DNA of 64,000 nt, from IMG/VR virus record IMGVR_UViG_3300021963_000094, positions 10,467 to 74,466 of that record. The stretch is one strand, 5' to 3'. How positions within the stretch are numbered: position 1 is the first letter of the stretch; each line of letters opens with the position of its first letter. The notes under the pieces were generated by a model. It was not told where the DNA came from. It ran no database searches and was given only the letters and a program-made list of their open reading frames with translations. Shown piece by piece: positions 49,994 to 57,875 of the stretch. A program made the translations under genes and the position numbers. This DNA comes from a virus.

Positions 49994-50422
49994 ATGTACG
50001 ATATATTTTTCCCTATTATTGAGCACTATACAGGAACTGTGGTATCGAAGGTAAGAAGAATAGATGAACTAATTCTATTCCGAACCATACAGGGTCAAGC
50101 AGGTAAGATAGAGAGAAATTTATACGGAGATTGGGATTTATTGGTTGATGAGGAAAAAGTAGCTGAAATAGAAGATGTGTTATTTTCTATCTTTTGTGAG
50201 TCCAAGGATCAACCCCCAATTGACAAGTATTATAAAGAATTATTAAGATTAAAAAATAAAGGCGTATTGAATTATAAATCCAATGTGCTAGTAGATCAAC
50301 TAATAACTTCCATAGAATTTCTAATTCTACACATGGAAGTTCAATTAGAAGATCCTATAGCAATGGGACCTTATTATACATTCAGCCACAATGGAACTAA
50401 ACACGTTTTAGTATTAAATTAA
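49994..50422 (+). CDS. Hypothetical protein
   Basis: 142-aa ORF in operon context. Confidence 0.65.
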   Translation: MYDIFFPIIEHYTGTVVSKVRRIDELILFRTIQGQAGKIERNLYGDWDLLVDEEKVAEIEDVLFSIFCESKDQPPIDKYYKELLRLKNKGVLNYKSNVLVDQLITSIEFLILHMEVQLEDPIAMGPYYTFSHNGTKHVLVLN

Positions 50423-50426
50423 AAAT

Positions 50427-52403
50427 ATGGCAGGGATAAAACATTTAAGCGAGATTTACAAAAAACAAGGAGCGCAATTCCTTGATGATTTATTTGGAAA
50501 GGAATTAACAGTTTCTGAAAAATTAAATGGGATGAGCTTTTCTTTCGAGAAAAGTATCTTCGACGGATCTCTGTCTTTTTATAAAAGAGATCAGGTAAAT
50601 CCCATCTCAAAAATTGATCGTGTACTAATGAAGTACTACGAATCACCAATTTCACACATTCAGGAACTACCAGCATTAACTTTAGACGAAATCCCTAGCG
50701 GATGGAGATTTGGGATGGAATTTTTTATTAATCCTAGTCCAGTTTTAGTTTCCTATCAAAGAGTACCTAAAAATGGATTGGTTCTGACACATATTGTTGT
50801 TAAGAATCAATTCGGTGACGTTGAAAGAACTATCGTTGAAAAAGAAGAACTAGATTACTGGGCAGATCTTTTAGGCGTTGAAACACCACCTATCATATTT
50901 CAGGGTAAGCTATCTGACGAGCAAAAAGTATCAATTAATGATTTTGTTAATTCACCGCATGATAATCTTAAGAAAGATCACGGAACAGAAAGCTTTGCTA
51001 AATATCTTGTTACCATTTTAAATCCAGGGTTAAATAAAACATTCCTAAATGATTCTTTGGAAGAACCAATAGAGGGTGTGGTATTTAGATTTGGATCGAT
51101 TGATGGGACAGGAGAATCTTTCACTGCAAAGATATTAGATCCGGTTTTTGAAGATATCACAAGACAGAACAATGTAAAGAAGGTAAGTTATTTTCCAAGC
51201 GATATCTACGGAATTACTATACTAGAAGTGATGAACTACATCCTCGATAAAGGAGTTGATTCATTCTCATTTACCGGGGAGGATCCACAAGACAAATATA
51301 TTTCTTTTGTGTGTTCTGTGTTCAATTCATTCACTGATGAATATGGAGAAAAATATTTAGGACTTGATTTTCAAGAGCCTCAATTTTTAAAGCAAGAAGG
51401 ATTTGAATCAAATCACGATTTAATTCAAGATGAGAAAACAAGATCTTTAATTACTGATGATGAAAGCTATGAGTCTCTTTTCAAATTAATTCTTTCTGCT
51501 TTCAGAAAAATCAAGAAAAGACCTGGAGGGTTTTTCACACAGGGAGCTATTGAACAATTTAATTTATTGGTTAAAGAAATCTCCGAATACCTAAACAACA
51601 ATTCAATCGTTGTTGAATCTATCATTCCAACATTCGATCAATTCAGAAAGGTTAAAAAACCTTTCATTCCTCAAGAGGAAGAGGATGAAGAGGATATCGA
51701 AGATGAGGTTGAGGAAATTCCAAGAGATGAAGTTGTAGAAGAACCTGTAGAGAACCCGATCGAAGAACCAGAGGTTGAAATCGAGGAAGACCCAATAGGA
51801 GATGAAGTAGTTTTAGATCCAGAAGTTATTGATCAAATCAAAACAGCACTTGGACAAAATGAACCGATTTCACAGAAATCTGTAGAAGATGACGTTAGAA
51901 GAGTAAACATAGTGATTGGTAAATTCCAACCTTTCAACAACGGTCACTTAAAGATGATTAAAAAAGCAAATCAGAATAACGGATTACCTGTTGCTGTGTT
52001 TGTAATTAAACCAGGTCCACATAGCTTCATAGACGATCAAACGATGGACAAGATGATGGGAATAGTATCCAACGATCTTTCTGATGTGATAGACTCTGTT
52101 CATTATGTTGATGATGATCTTTTATCAACAGCTGTTCAAACCCTTGGAGATAAATATGAGCCCAAAACATTGACTGTTGGGAAGAAAAGATTGGATAATT
52201 ATTTGCTTCAAACAAGATCATTAAAGAAGAGAAAAAAGCTAAACCCTGCTTTTCAAATTCAAACTTCACCTGAATGGATCAATTCAATGGATGTATCCAA
52301 GACTATCCAAGAGAAAAATTACATGGAATTCAAAAAGAACGTTCCTAAATCTCTCTCCGGCCTTTGGGAGGAACTCACAAGATGCTACGATTCGTCTAAA
52401 TAA
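50427..52403 (+). CDS. Fusion of an RNA-ligase-like nucleotidyltransferase domain and a cytidylyltransferase-like (HxGH) domain
   Basis: N-terminal motifs SEKLNG, GMEFF, IEGVVF and TAKI; an acidic linker; C-terminal IVIGKFQPFNNGH. Confidence 0.7.
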   Translation: MAGIKHLSEIYKKQGAQFLDDLFGKELTVSEKLNGMSFSFEKSIFDGSLSFYKRDQVNPISKIDRVLMKYYESPISHIQELPALTLDEIPSGWRFGMEFFINPSPVLVSYQRVPKNGLVLTHIVVKNQFGDVERTIVEKEELDYWADLLGVETPPIIFQGKLSDEQKVSINDFVNSPHDNLKKDHGTESFAKYLVTILNPGLNKTFLNDSLEEPIEGVVFRFGSIDGTGESFTAKILDPVFEDITRQNNVKKVSYFPSDIYGITILEVMNYILDKGVDSFSFTGEDPQDKYISFVCSVFNSFTDEYGEKYLGLDFQEPQFLKQEGFESNHDLIQDEKTRSLITDDESYESLFKLILSAFRKIKKRPGGFFTQGAIEQFNLLVKEISEYLNNNSIVVESIIPTFDQFRKVKKPFIPQEEEDEEDIEDEVEEIPRDEVVEEPVENPIEEPEVEIEEDPIGDEVVLDPEVIDQIKTALGQNEPISQKSVEDDVRRVNIVIGKFQPFNNGHLKMIKKANQNNGLPVAVFVIKPGPHSFIDDQTMDKMMGIVSNDLSDVIDSVHYVDDDLLSTAVQTLGDKYEPKTLTVGKKRLDNYLLQTRSLKKRKKLNPAFQIQTSPEWINSMDVSKTIQEKNYMEFKKNVPKSLSGLWEELTRCYDSSK

Positions 52404-52408
52404 CTACT

Positions 52409-52434
52409 AAATCCTGCAATCGCAGGATTTTTTT
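52409..52434 (+). terminator. Rho-independent terminator
   Basis: AAATCCTGC-aatc-GCAGGATTT followed by a T-tract. Confidence 0.9.
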
Positions 52435-52455
52435 ACGTGGATATGTGGTACATTT

Positions 52456-52465
52456 GAATATATAA
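52456..52465 (+). promoter_or_regulatory. Putative late promoter motif (GAATATATAA)
   Basis: Recurrent motif between the terminator and the ATG at 52482. Confidence 0.7.
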
Positions 52466-52481
52466 AGCAAAAAACATAGGA

Positions 52482-53291
52482 ATGTCTAAATTAGTAAAAT
52501 GGAAAGACTATAGCAAAATCTACGAGGATGCTAATTCCAATACAGGTATCGATGAGGTAGCTGCCAAAAAAATACAAAAATGCCAGATTATTTTAATAAC
52601 CCAAGCGGCATTTTTTGGCCAGCTTTGCATGAATCTAAAATTCATAGAGGATAGAAATTTAAGATTCAAAACCATGGCTACCGACGGAATGAATATTTAT
52701 TATGATCCAGGTTTCGTTAATGATCACACGGATGCAGAAATTAGATGGGTAATATGTCATGAGATATTACACTGCTCTTTGCATCACTTTTTAAGAAAGC
52801 AGGCAAATCCTAGTATTTGGAATATGGCAGCTGATTATGAAATCAATCAATTGATAGATCCTAAAAATTATACATCTAAGCCAACTTATCAAAATGCTTT
52901 GGGAACAATGCCTTCTGGTGCTTTAGGTGGTTCTGGTGATAAAGATAAAGGATTTTTAAATGGCGATTACAAAGGTAAAGCAGCAGAGCAAATCTATCAA
53001 ATGCTCATAGAAAATAACACACAAGTACCTCCTGAAGAAGGGTGGAATTACGGAGGGGTTCAGCCTCCTGTCATGGTTTCTGCCCCTCCGGGATCTGGCG
53101 GTGGGAATGATGAAGATTATGGTGAAAAAGCAAAGGTTGGTGATTATGTTGCCTTACCTGGTGGAGGATACGGAAAGATCGAATCAATTGATCCTGCAAC
53201 AGGTGATGCTGATATTACACAAGTAACAGAGCCAGATTTGAGGTCAATGATTGAATCAAAAACGGGTAAAACAGTTAAAAAAATAAGCTAA
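52482..53291 (+). CDS. HEXXH putative metallopeptidase (DUF2201 N-terminal-like) with CTS-like N-terminus
   Basis: TMATDG..IYYDP.F, VICHEILHC and WNMAADYEINQ; begins MSKLVKWKDYSKIYE. Confidence 0.85.
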   Translation: MSKLVKWKDYSKIYEDANSNTGIDEVAAKKIQKCQIILITQAAFFGQLCMNLKFIEDRNLRFKTMATDGMNIYYDPGFVNDHTDAEIRWVICHEILHCSLHHFLRKQANPSIWNMAADYEINQLIDPKNYTSKPTYQNALGTMPSGALGGSGDKDKGFLNGDYKGKAAEQIYQMLIENNTQVPPEEGWNYGGVQPPVMVSAPPGSGGGNDEDYGEKAKVGDYVALPGGGYGKIESIDPATGDADITQVTEPDLRSMIESKTGKTVKKIS

Positions 53292-53301
53292 TTATAATAA
53301 T

Positions 53302-54231
53302 ATGAAATTTAGTGTAAAGGATTTAAGGAAAATTGAGGTTGAGTATGAGCCAACACCGCCACCACCTACCCCACCACCGGGTGAAGATCCACCCCCTCCA
53401 CTTCCCCCAATGCCACCGGGGGAAGAAAAACCATGGAATGAAAAACCAGATCCGAACGAAAAAGGTGGAGATGGCCCAGGCAAAGAGGGTCAAGGGACTA
53501 AACCTAAATTAGTGTCTAAGAAAATAGAATCTGAAGAAGATCTTAAAAAATTCTGGGAGTCTAAACTAGAAGAGGCAAAAGACAGACATGCTGGTGATAT
53601 TCCAGGAGAATTAATGAGAGCAATCGAAAAACTCCTGGGTGTTAAAGTTGATTGGAAACAGGAATTAAGAAAGATGATTAGCAGCTTGAGTAGCAAGGCT
53701 GATTATTTCTTACCTAATAGAAGATTTCTTGCAACTGGTGCTCAATGGGGATCTAAAAAAAGAAAGGAAGCTTTTGAATCTTTGGTAATTATAGCGGACA
53801 CATCAGGATCTGTTAGTCAAAAGGAACTAGAACAATTTGTTTCCGAAGCTATGGATATAATGGAATCATTTAAGCCTAAGGAGACTTATCTTCTCTGGTG
53901 CGATACCACAGTATATGAACCAGTTGACGTGATTAAAAAAGGAGAAACCTGGAATTATCGCAAAGCGTATGGCGGAGGTGGAACAAGTTTCATCCCCCCT
54001 GTTGCTTGGATAGAGGAAAATATCATCAAGAAGGGTAAGAAATTAGGACCTGTACTTTTCTTTACTGATGGCGAGCCAAATACAGGGCCTAACGGCGGAT
54101 GGCCAAAAGAGACAGAATATAGTATTAGAAGCTATGTAAATAAATTTTTCTGGATTATACTAGGAGAAGGCGGGGTACCAAGAAAGCACGTAAAAGTTCC
54201 TTTCGGGAAGAGAATTGATCTTATCATGTAA
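53302..54231 (+). CDS. VWA-like domain protein (DUF2201 C-terminal-like)
   Basis: VDWKQELR, PNRR, MIDAS DTSGS, GGGGTSF and FFTDG; Pro-rich N-terminal linker. Confidence 0.88.
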   Translation: MKFSVKDLRKIEVEYEPTPPPPTPPPGEDPPPPLPPMPPGEEKPWNEKPDPNEKGGDGPGKEGQGTKPKLVSKKIESEEDLKKFWESKLEEAKDRHAGDIPGELMRAIEKLLGVKVDWKQELRKMISSLSSKADYFLPNRRFLATGAQWGSKKRKEAFESLVIIADTSGSVSQKELEQFVSEAMDIMESFKPKETYLLWCDTTVYEPVDVIKKGETWNYRKAYGGGGTSFIPPVAWIEENIIKKGKKLGPVLFFTDGEPNTGPNGGWPKETEYSIRSYVNKFFWIILGEGGVPRKHVKVPFGKRIDLIM

Positions 54232-54234
54232 TAA

Positions 54235-54243
54235 GATATATAA
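54235..54243 (+). promoter_or_regulatory. Putative late promoter motif (GATATATAA)
   Basis: Recurrent motif; ATATATAAAGCAAAA is identical to the sequence upstream of 52482. Confidence 0.7.
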
Positions 54244-54264
54244 AGCAAAATAACAAAATAAAAA

Positions 54265-55809
54265 ATGGCAAGAATTAAGAAGTTTAGCGACTATGTGAAC
54301 GAGGACTACTCGTTCAAAGGAGCTATACAAAAAGGAAAGGAATTATTTGCAAAAGCTGGTGACTGGGTTTCTGGCTTTATCTCAAAATTAAAGCAAGGTA
54401 TTTTTCCTGCAATTCCAGAGGGACCTAAAGCAGGAGCTCCTATGGTTGCATATCTATCACCAAGCGGAAAAAGATCAGTGGTGGATCAGATTAAAAATTT
54501 ATACGGGGTTACAGCTGAGGAATCCGCAGAAGCTACCTTAGATTTGGATAATCAACAAATAGAGGAAGCTATGAAGGATCTATCATATCCAGGAAAAGAC
54601 GTTATTAATATCAATGCTGCAGAGTTAGCTGATGAAATCATAACAAGATACGAAACATTAGTAGACGGTGGTTTCAGCAAGCCTATCTTCATATACGGAG
54701 CACCTGGTATTGGAAAAACTGAAATCGTTGGACAAGCATGTGATGCTTTAGGTATAGACCTAATGACAATAGATTTACAGTTCATGGACCCTGCAGACTT
54801 TTTAGGTATACCTTCGGTTGTAGATATTGCTTCTGAAGATCCAAAAGGTGAAGGTGTTACTAGAACAAACCCTCCTATTTGGTTGCCAAGAGATAATGGA
54901 CCAGAAGGTAAAGGCGGTATCCTATTTTTTGACGAGATGAACAGAGCTCAACAACCGGTTAGAACTGGTATGATGAACTTGGCTCAAGGTAGAAGAATTA
55001 ATACATATAAGCTTCCTTCAAATTGGTTAATCGTAGCAGCTGGAAACAGAGAAAGCGATGATAGACCAGGTGAAGTTGAACCAATCAGTACTGCACTTGC
55101 GGATCGTTTCTCTATCTACAATTATGTACCGACAGTAAAAGGATTCCAGGACTATGTGACAACATCAGAGGTTCCTTTAAAAGGAGCTATGGGTGCTAGA
55201 CCAAGAGAGGTTGTTATTCCTGAATTATTATCATTCTTAGAATACTCTGACGATTATTTCCACAATTTGGATCCGCAATCTCCTGATGTTAAATTTGCTA
55301 CACCTAGAGGTTGGATCGATGCTTCTAAGCTTCTTTATTCCAAAATGAAAAGATTAGAAAAACAAGGAAAAGTTAGCAACGAGATTTCTGCAGATGAACT
55401 TAAGAAGGTATTCCAAACGGAAGTTGGATTCTCTGCAGCTAATGCTTTTGTTAAATTCTATGAGGTAGTACAAAGTATTCCTCTTGCTGATGTTATGAAA
55501 GTATTTGATGATCCAAATTCAGCTCCAGTTCCTAAACCGATTCAAAAATCAGATCCTGGTAAATTTAATACAACATACGAGCCAGATATTATGTTTGCTA
55601 CAATAGCAGCTATTGTTTCTAAGTCTGAGAAAATTAAACCTCTTACAGCTGATCAGTATTCAAACGCTGTTGATTATGCAATCAGATTGGATTCAGCATC
55701 ATACGGAGCTTCCTTCATAGCTATGTTAAATTCCAAGCACGATTACATTAAACTTGATAGAGCATACACAATGCATCTTAAGAAGTTCACGTCACACTAC
55801 GGTCTTTAA
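54265..55809 (+). CDS. MoxR-related AAA+ ATPase with CTS-like N-terminus
   Basis: Walker A GAPGIGKT, Walker B ILFFDEMN, IVAAGN, ALADRF and TPRGW; begins MARIKKFSDYVNE. Confidence 0.9.
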   Translation: MARIKKFSDYVNEDYSFKGAIQKGKELFAKAGDWVSGFISKLKQGIFPAIPEGPKAGAPMVAYLSPSGKRSVVDQIKNLYGVTAEESAEATLDLDNQQIEEAMKDLSYPGKDVININAAELADEIITRYETLVDGGFSKPIFIYGAPGIGKTEIVGQACDALGIDLMTIDLQFMDPADFLGIPSVVDIASEDPKGEGVTRTNPPIWLPRDNGPEGKGGILFFDEMNRAQQPVRTGMMNLAQGRRINTYKLPSNWLIVAAGNRESDDRPGEVEPISTALADRFSIYNYVPTVKGFQDYVTTSEVPLKGAMGARPREVVIPELLSFLEYSDDYFHNLDPQSPDVKFATPRGWIDASKLLYSKMKRLEKQGKVSNEISADELKKVFQTEVGFSAANAFVKFYEVVQSIPLADVMKVFDDPNSAPVPKPIQKSDPGKFNTTYEPDIMFATIAAIVSKSEKIKPLTADQYSNAVDYAIRLDSASYGASFIAMLNSKHDYIKLDRAYTMHLKKFTSHYGL

Positions 55810-55827
55810 TAGAACCAAATTAATATC

Positions 55828-55854
55828 AAAACCCCTGAATTTCAGGGGTTTTTT
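55828..55854 (+). terminator. Rho-independent terminator
   Basis: AAAACCCCTGA-att-TCAGGGGTTTT plus Ts. Confidence 0.9.
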
Positions 55855-55876
55855 GTGGAGCTAAGTTTTATCTTTT

Positions 55877-55886
55877 GAATATATAA
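55877..55886 (+). promoter_or_regulatory. Putative late promoter motif (GAATATATAA)
   Basis: Recurrent motif between the terminator and the ATG at 55904. Confidence 0.7.
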
Positions 55887-55903
55887 AGAAAAAGAACATC
55901 TAA

Positions 55904-56443
55904 ATGAAATTCATTAAAGATTTTAAAGCATACAAAATAAACGAGGAAGCTGGATATGGCAACGACTATTTTGTTGATCAAAAAGTTGAAAAATCCCAAT
56001 ACTACTTTTTTAAAGTTGGTGAGGGCGAAGAAGAAATTGGCCTAATCGTTAAAATCGGAAAATTTGCAAAATCTGCTATCATTTCAGAGAACGAAAAAAG
56101 CTATGGTGTTATTCACATAGAACCTATCGATGTTAATGACATGGATGATTATTTGGTGAATGACAGCGAGTATAGATCAAGAGAGGATGACAAATTCTCT
56201 ATCCCTAGCGATTTACTGGCTCAAACCTTTGACATCATCGAAAAAGCAATGGACAATTACCTAGAGAAGAATCCAAAGGTAACTAAGTTCTATGATGAGA
56301 TGTTGGAGAATCTAGAAATGACCCCGGAAGAATACACAAGCTTTGTTACACCTAAGATCGAAGATTGGTCAGAGGGAAGATGGAGTGTTCAGTCAGGATC
56401 CACACAAAGCGTTCTAATCTACATGAAAACATCCCATGAGTAA
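55904..56443 (+). CDS. Hypothetical protein with CTS-like N-terminus
   Basis: Begins MKFIKDFKAYKINE. Confidence 0.7.
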   Translation: MKFIKDFKAYKINEEAGYGNDYFVDQKVEKSQYYFFKVGEGEEEIGLIVKIGKFAKSAIISENEKSYGVIHIEPIDVNDMDDYLVNDSEYRSREDDKFSIPSDLLAQTFDIIEKAMDNYLEKNPKVTKFYDEMLENLEMTPEEYTSFVTPKIEDWSEGRWSVQSGSTQSVLIYMKTSHE

Positions 56444-56753
56444 TTTAAAGAAATATGGTGAATTTATCAATGAGTCTTTAACTCCTGTCATGTACATGAG
56501 TGTTAAGAACCCATTGAAAAATTCAATAGTTAAATTCTTATACGAAAAAGACAAAGCCACCCGAAAGGAAATCATGGAGTTTGCCGCAACCCTTGGCGAA
56601 AGCGGACAATCCGTGGATAGAAGATGGATCTCTAGAAACAAGCAATTAATCAAATGTGTTGTCTCTGAAGAGGGTCCAAACCACTATTCTCTAACCAAAT
56701 TAGGGAAAAGATTTGCTAAAAGCCTCATAGTTAATGAAACTAAAGGGGCATAG
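56436..56753 (+). CDS. Winged-helix-like putative DNA-binding protein with CTS-like N-terminus
   Basis: Begins MSNLKKYGEFINE; wHTH-like pattern IVKFLYEKDKATRKEI...HYSLTKLGKRF. Confidence 0.6.
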   Translation: MSNLKKYGEFINESLTPVMYMSVKNPLKNSIVKFLYEKDKATRKEIMEFAATLGESGQSVDRRWISRNKQLIKCVVSEEGPNHYSLTKLGKRFAKSLIVNETKGA

Positions 56754-56763
56754 TCAATATAAT
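56736..56763 (+). promoter_or_regulatory. Putative GAAAC-N17-TATAAT promoter upstream of the Hc1-like gene
   Basis: Bipartite motif with a perfect TATAAT and a 17-nt spacer. Confidence 0.6.
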
Positions 56764-56779
56764 TAATAAATATTTTTTT

Positions 56780-56962
56780 ATGGAAAGCTACGAAAAATTA
56801 GTTGCACTCTTAGAGTCAATGAAAGAAAACGTTGAAAAATTCTTTGTTAAAGGCAATAAATCAGCCGGAACAAGAGTTAGAACTCAAGCTCAAGAAATCA
56901 AGAAATTAGCACAAGAACTTCGTTTAGATGTTCAGAATGCTAAGAAGACAACTGAGCAATAA
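56780..56962 (+). CDS. Histone H1-like (Hc1 family) nucleoid protein
   Basis: KGNKSAGTRVR...EIKKLAQELR matches the Hc1 N-terminal/Bacteroidota 'histone H1' motif. Confidence 0.8.
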   Translation: MESYEKLVALLESMKENVEKFFVKGNKSAGTRVRTQAQEIKKLAQELRLDVQNAKKTTEQ

Positions 56963-56975
56963 GATAAAACTTTAG

Positions 56976-57000
56976 AAGCCAGCCTTAGGGCTGGTTTTTT
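56976..57000 (+). terminator. Rho-independent terminator
   Basis: AAGCCAGCC-ttag-GGCTGGTTT plus Ts. Confidence 0.88.
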
Positions 57001-57009
57001 GTGTCCATT

Positions 57010-57070
57010 GATATATAGAACATCAAAATTTGAAACAACCTCATTGATTATATCTTTAATTGGTATATAA
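57010..57070 (+). promoter_or_regulatory. Two putative late promoter motifs (GATATATAG, GGTATATAA)
   Basis: Motif copies at 57010-57018 and 57062-57070, upstream of 57083. Confidence 0.5.
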
Positions 57071-57082
57071 AAACAAAAAATT

Positions 57083-57301
57083 ATGGCTTATTATCAATGT
57101 AAAGTAACGTTTGATTCTGGTGAAACAAACAAACAAGGAAAACCAATGATCACTAAAACCGTGATGCTAGTAGAGGCTACAGGTGTAACCGAGGCAGAAG
57201 CTAGAATCCACGACCACTTAAAATCCGATATTTTGGAATTTGAAGTGACCTCGGTTGCCTTGTCTAACATCGAATCGGTGTTGCAAGAAAAAGACAAGTA
57301 A
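57083..57301 (+). CDS. DUF4494-like protein (Bacteroidota-associated family)
   Basis: YYQCKV...LVEATGVTEAEARI...FEVTSV...I. Confidence 0.75.
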   Translation: MAYYQCKVTFDSGETNKQGKPMITKTVMLVEATGVTEAEARIHDHLKSDILEFEVTSVALSNIESVLQEKDK

Positions 57302-57305
57302 AAAA

Positions 57306-57503
57306 ATGAAAAATCCTAAATCTCCTGTAGAAGATCAAATCCAAGAGGGAAACTCAGAAACCCATAACTATGAGGTTCCTGATAGTCCTGTTAAAATCCC
57401 AGACAATGATACTGGATTTAAAATGGTTAAGAAAAACTACAGGAGATTTATTTGGACAATGGATGAGCATTCCAAGAAAAGAGTTTCTGGTAAAGATAAA
57501 TAG
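57306..57503 (+). CDS. Small hypothetical protein
   Basis: Likely start is the ATG at 57306 (MKNPKSP...), just after the previous stop. Confidence 0.6.
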   Translation: MKNPKSPVEDQIQEGNSETHNYEVPDSPVKIPDNDTGFKMVKKNYRRFIWTMDEHSKKRVSGKDK

Positions 57504-57520
57504 TTATATTAACACGAACT

Positions 57521-57874
57521 ATGATTAATGAGAAATCACTCTCCAGAACTCAACAAAGATTATTTGGTCAGGCATACGGAGTAAAGATGTGGAAAAAGAC
57601 CAACGGCAAGAAAGGAATCAATCCCACCGATATTAATCCCAAATACAAAGAAGAGATAACAAATTTAGCTAATAGCATGTCCTTAGCTAAGCTGAAAGAG
57701 TTTGCTGAGACCAAACATAAGAAATTACCAGAAGAGGTAGAAGAAGGAGTATTAAAGGACATTCATTATCGTTTAAGCCCAGATGCACAATACGATCCTT
57801 CCAAAGAAAAATCTAGAAGACCCGGTAATCTAGCAGACTATAGAGAATTTATAAAGAAGAATAAAATTAAATAA
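57521..57874 (+). CDS. DUF3008-like small basic protein
   Basis: S..QQRLFG.A...SMS...LKEFAETKHKKLPE. Confidence 0.65.
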   Translation: MINEKSLSRTQQRLFGQAYGVKMWKKTNGKKGINPTDINPKYKEEITNLANSMSLAKLKEFAETKHKKLPEEVEEGVLKDIHYRLSPDAQYDPSKEKSRRPGNLADYREFIKKNKIK

Positions 57875-57875
57875 T

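Noticed and set aside
53270-53304. Programmed frameshift at the A-run fusing peptidase and VWA ORFs
   Set aside because: Shifting into the VWA frame at the A7 run (53277-53283) meets TAA at 53284-53286, so simple slippage there cannot fuse them.
57032-57060. GAAAC as a fifth copy of the N17 promoter
   Set aside because: There is no TAT(A/G)A box at 17-nt spacing (it reads CTTTAA).
57255-57305. Upstream start of the 57255..57503 ORF
   Set aside because: It overlaps the DUF4494-like gene. The ATG at 57306, after an A-rich spacer, is more plausible.
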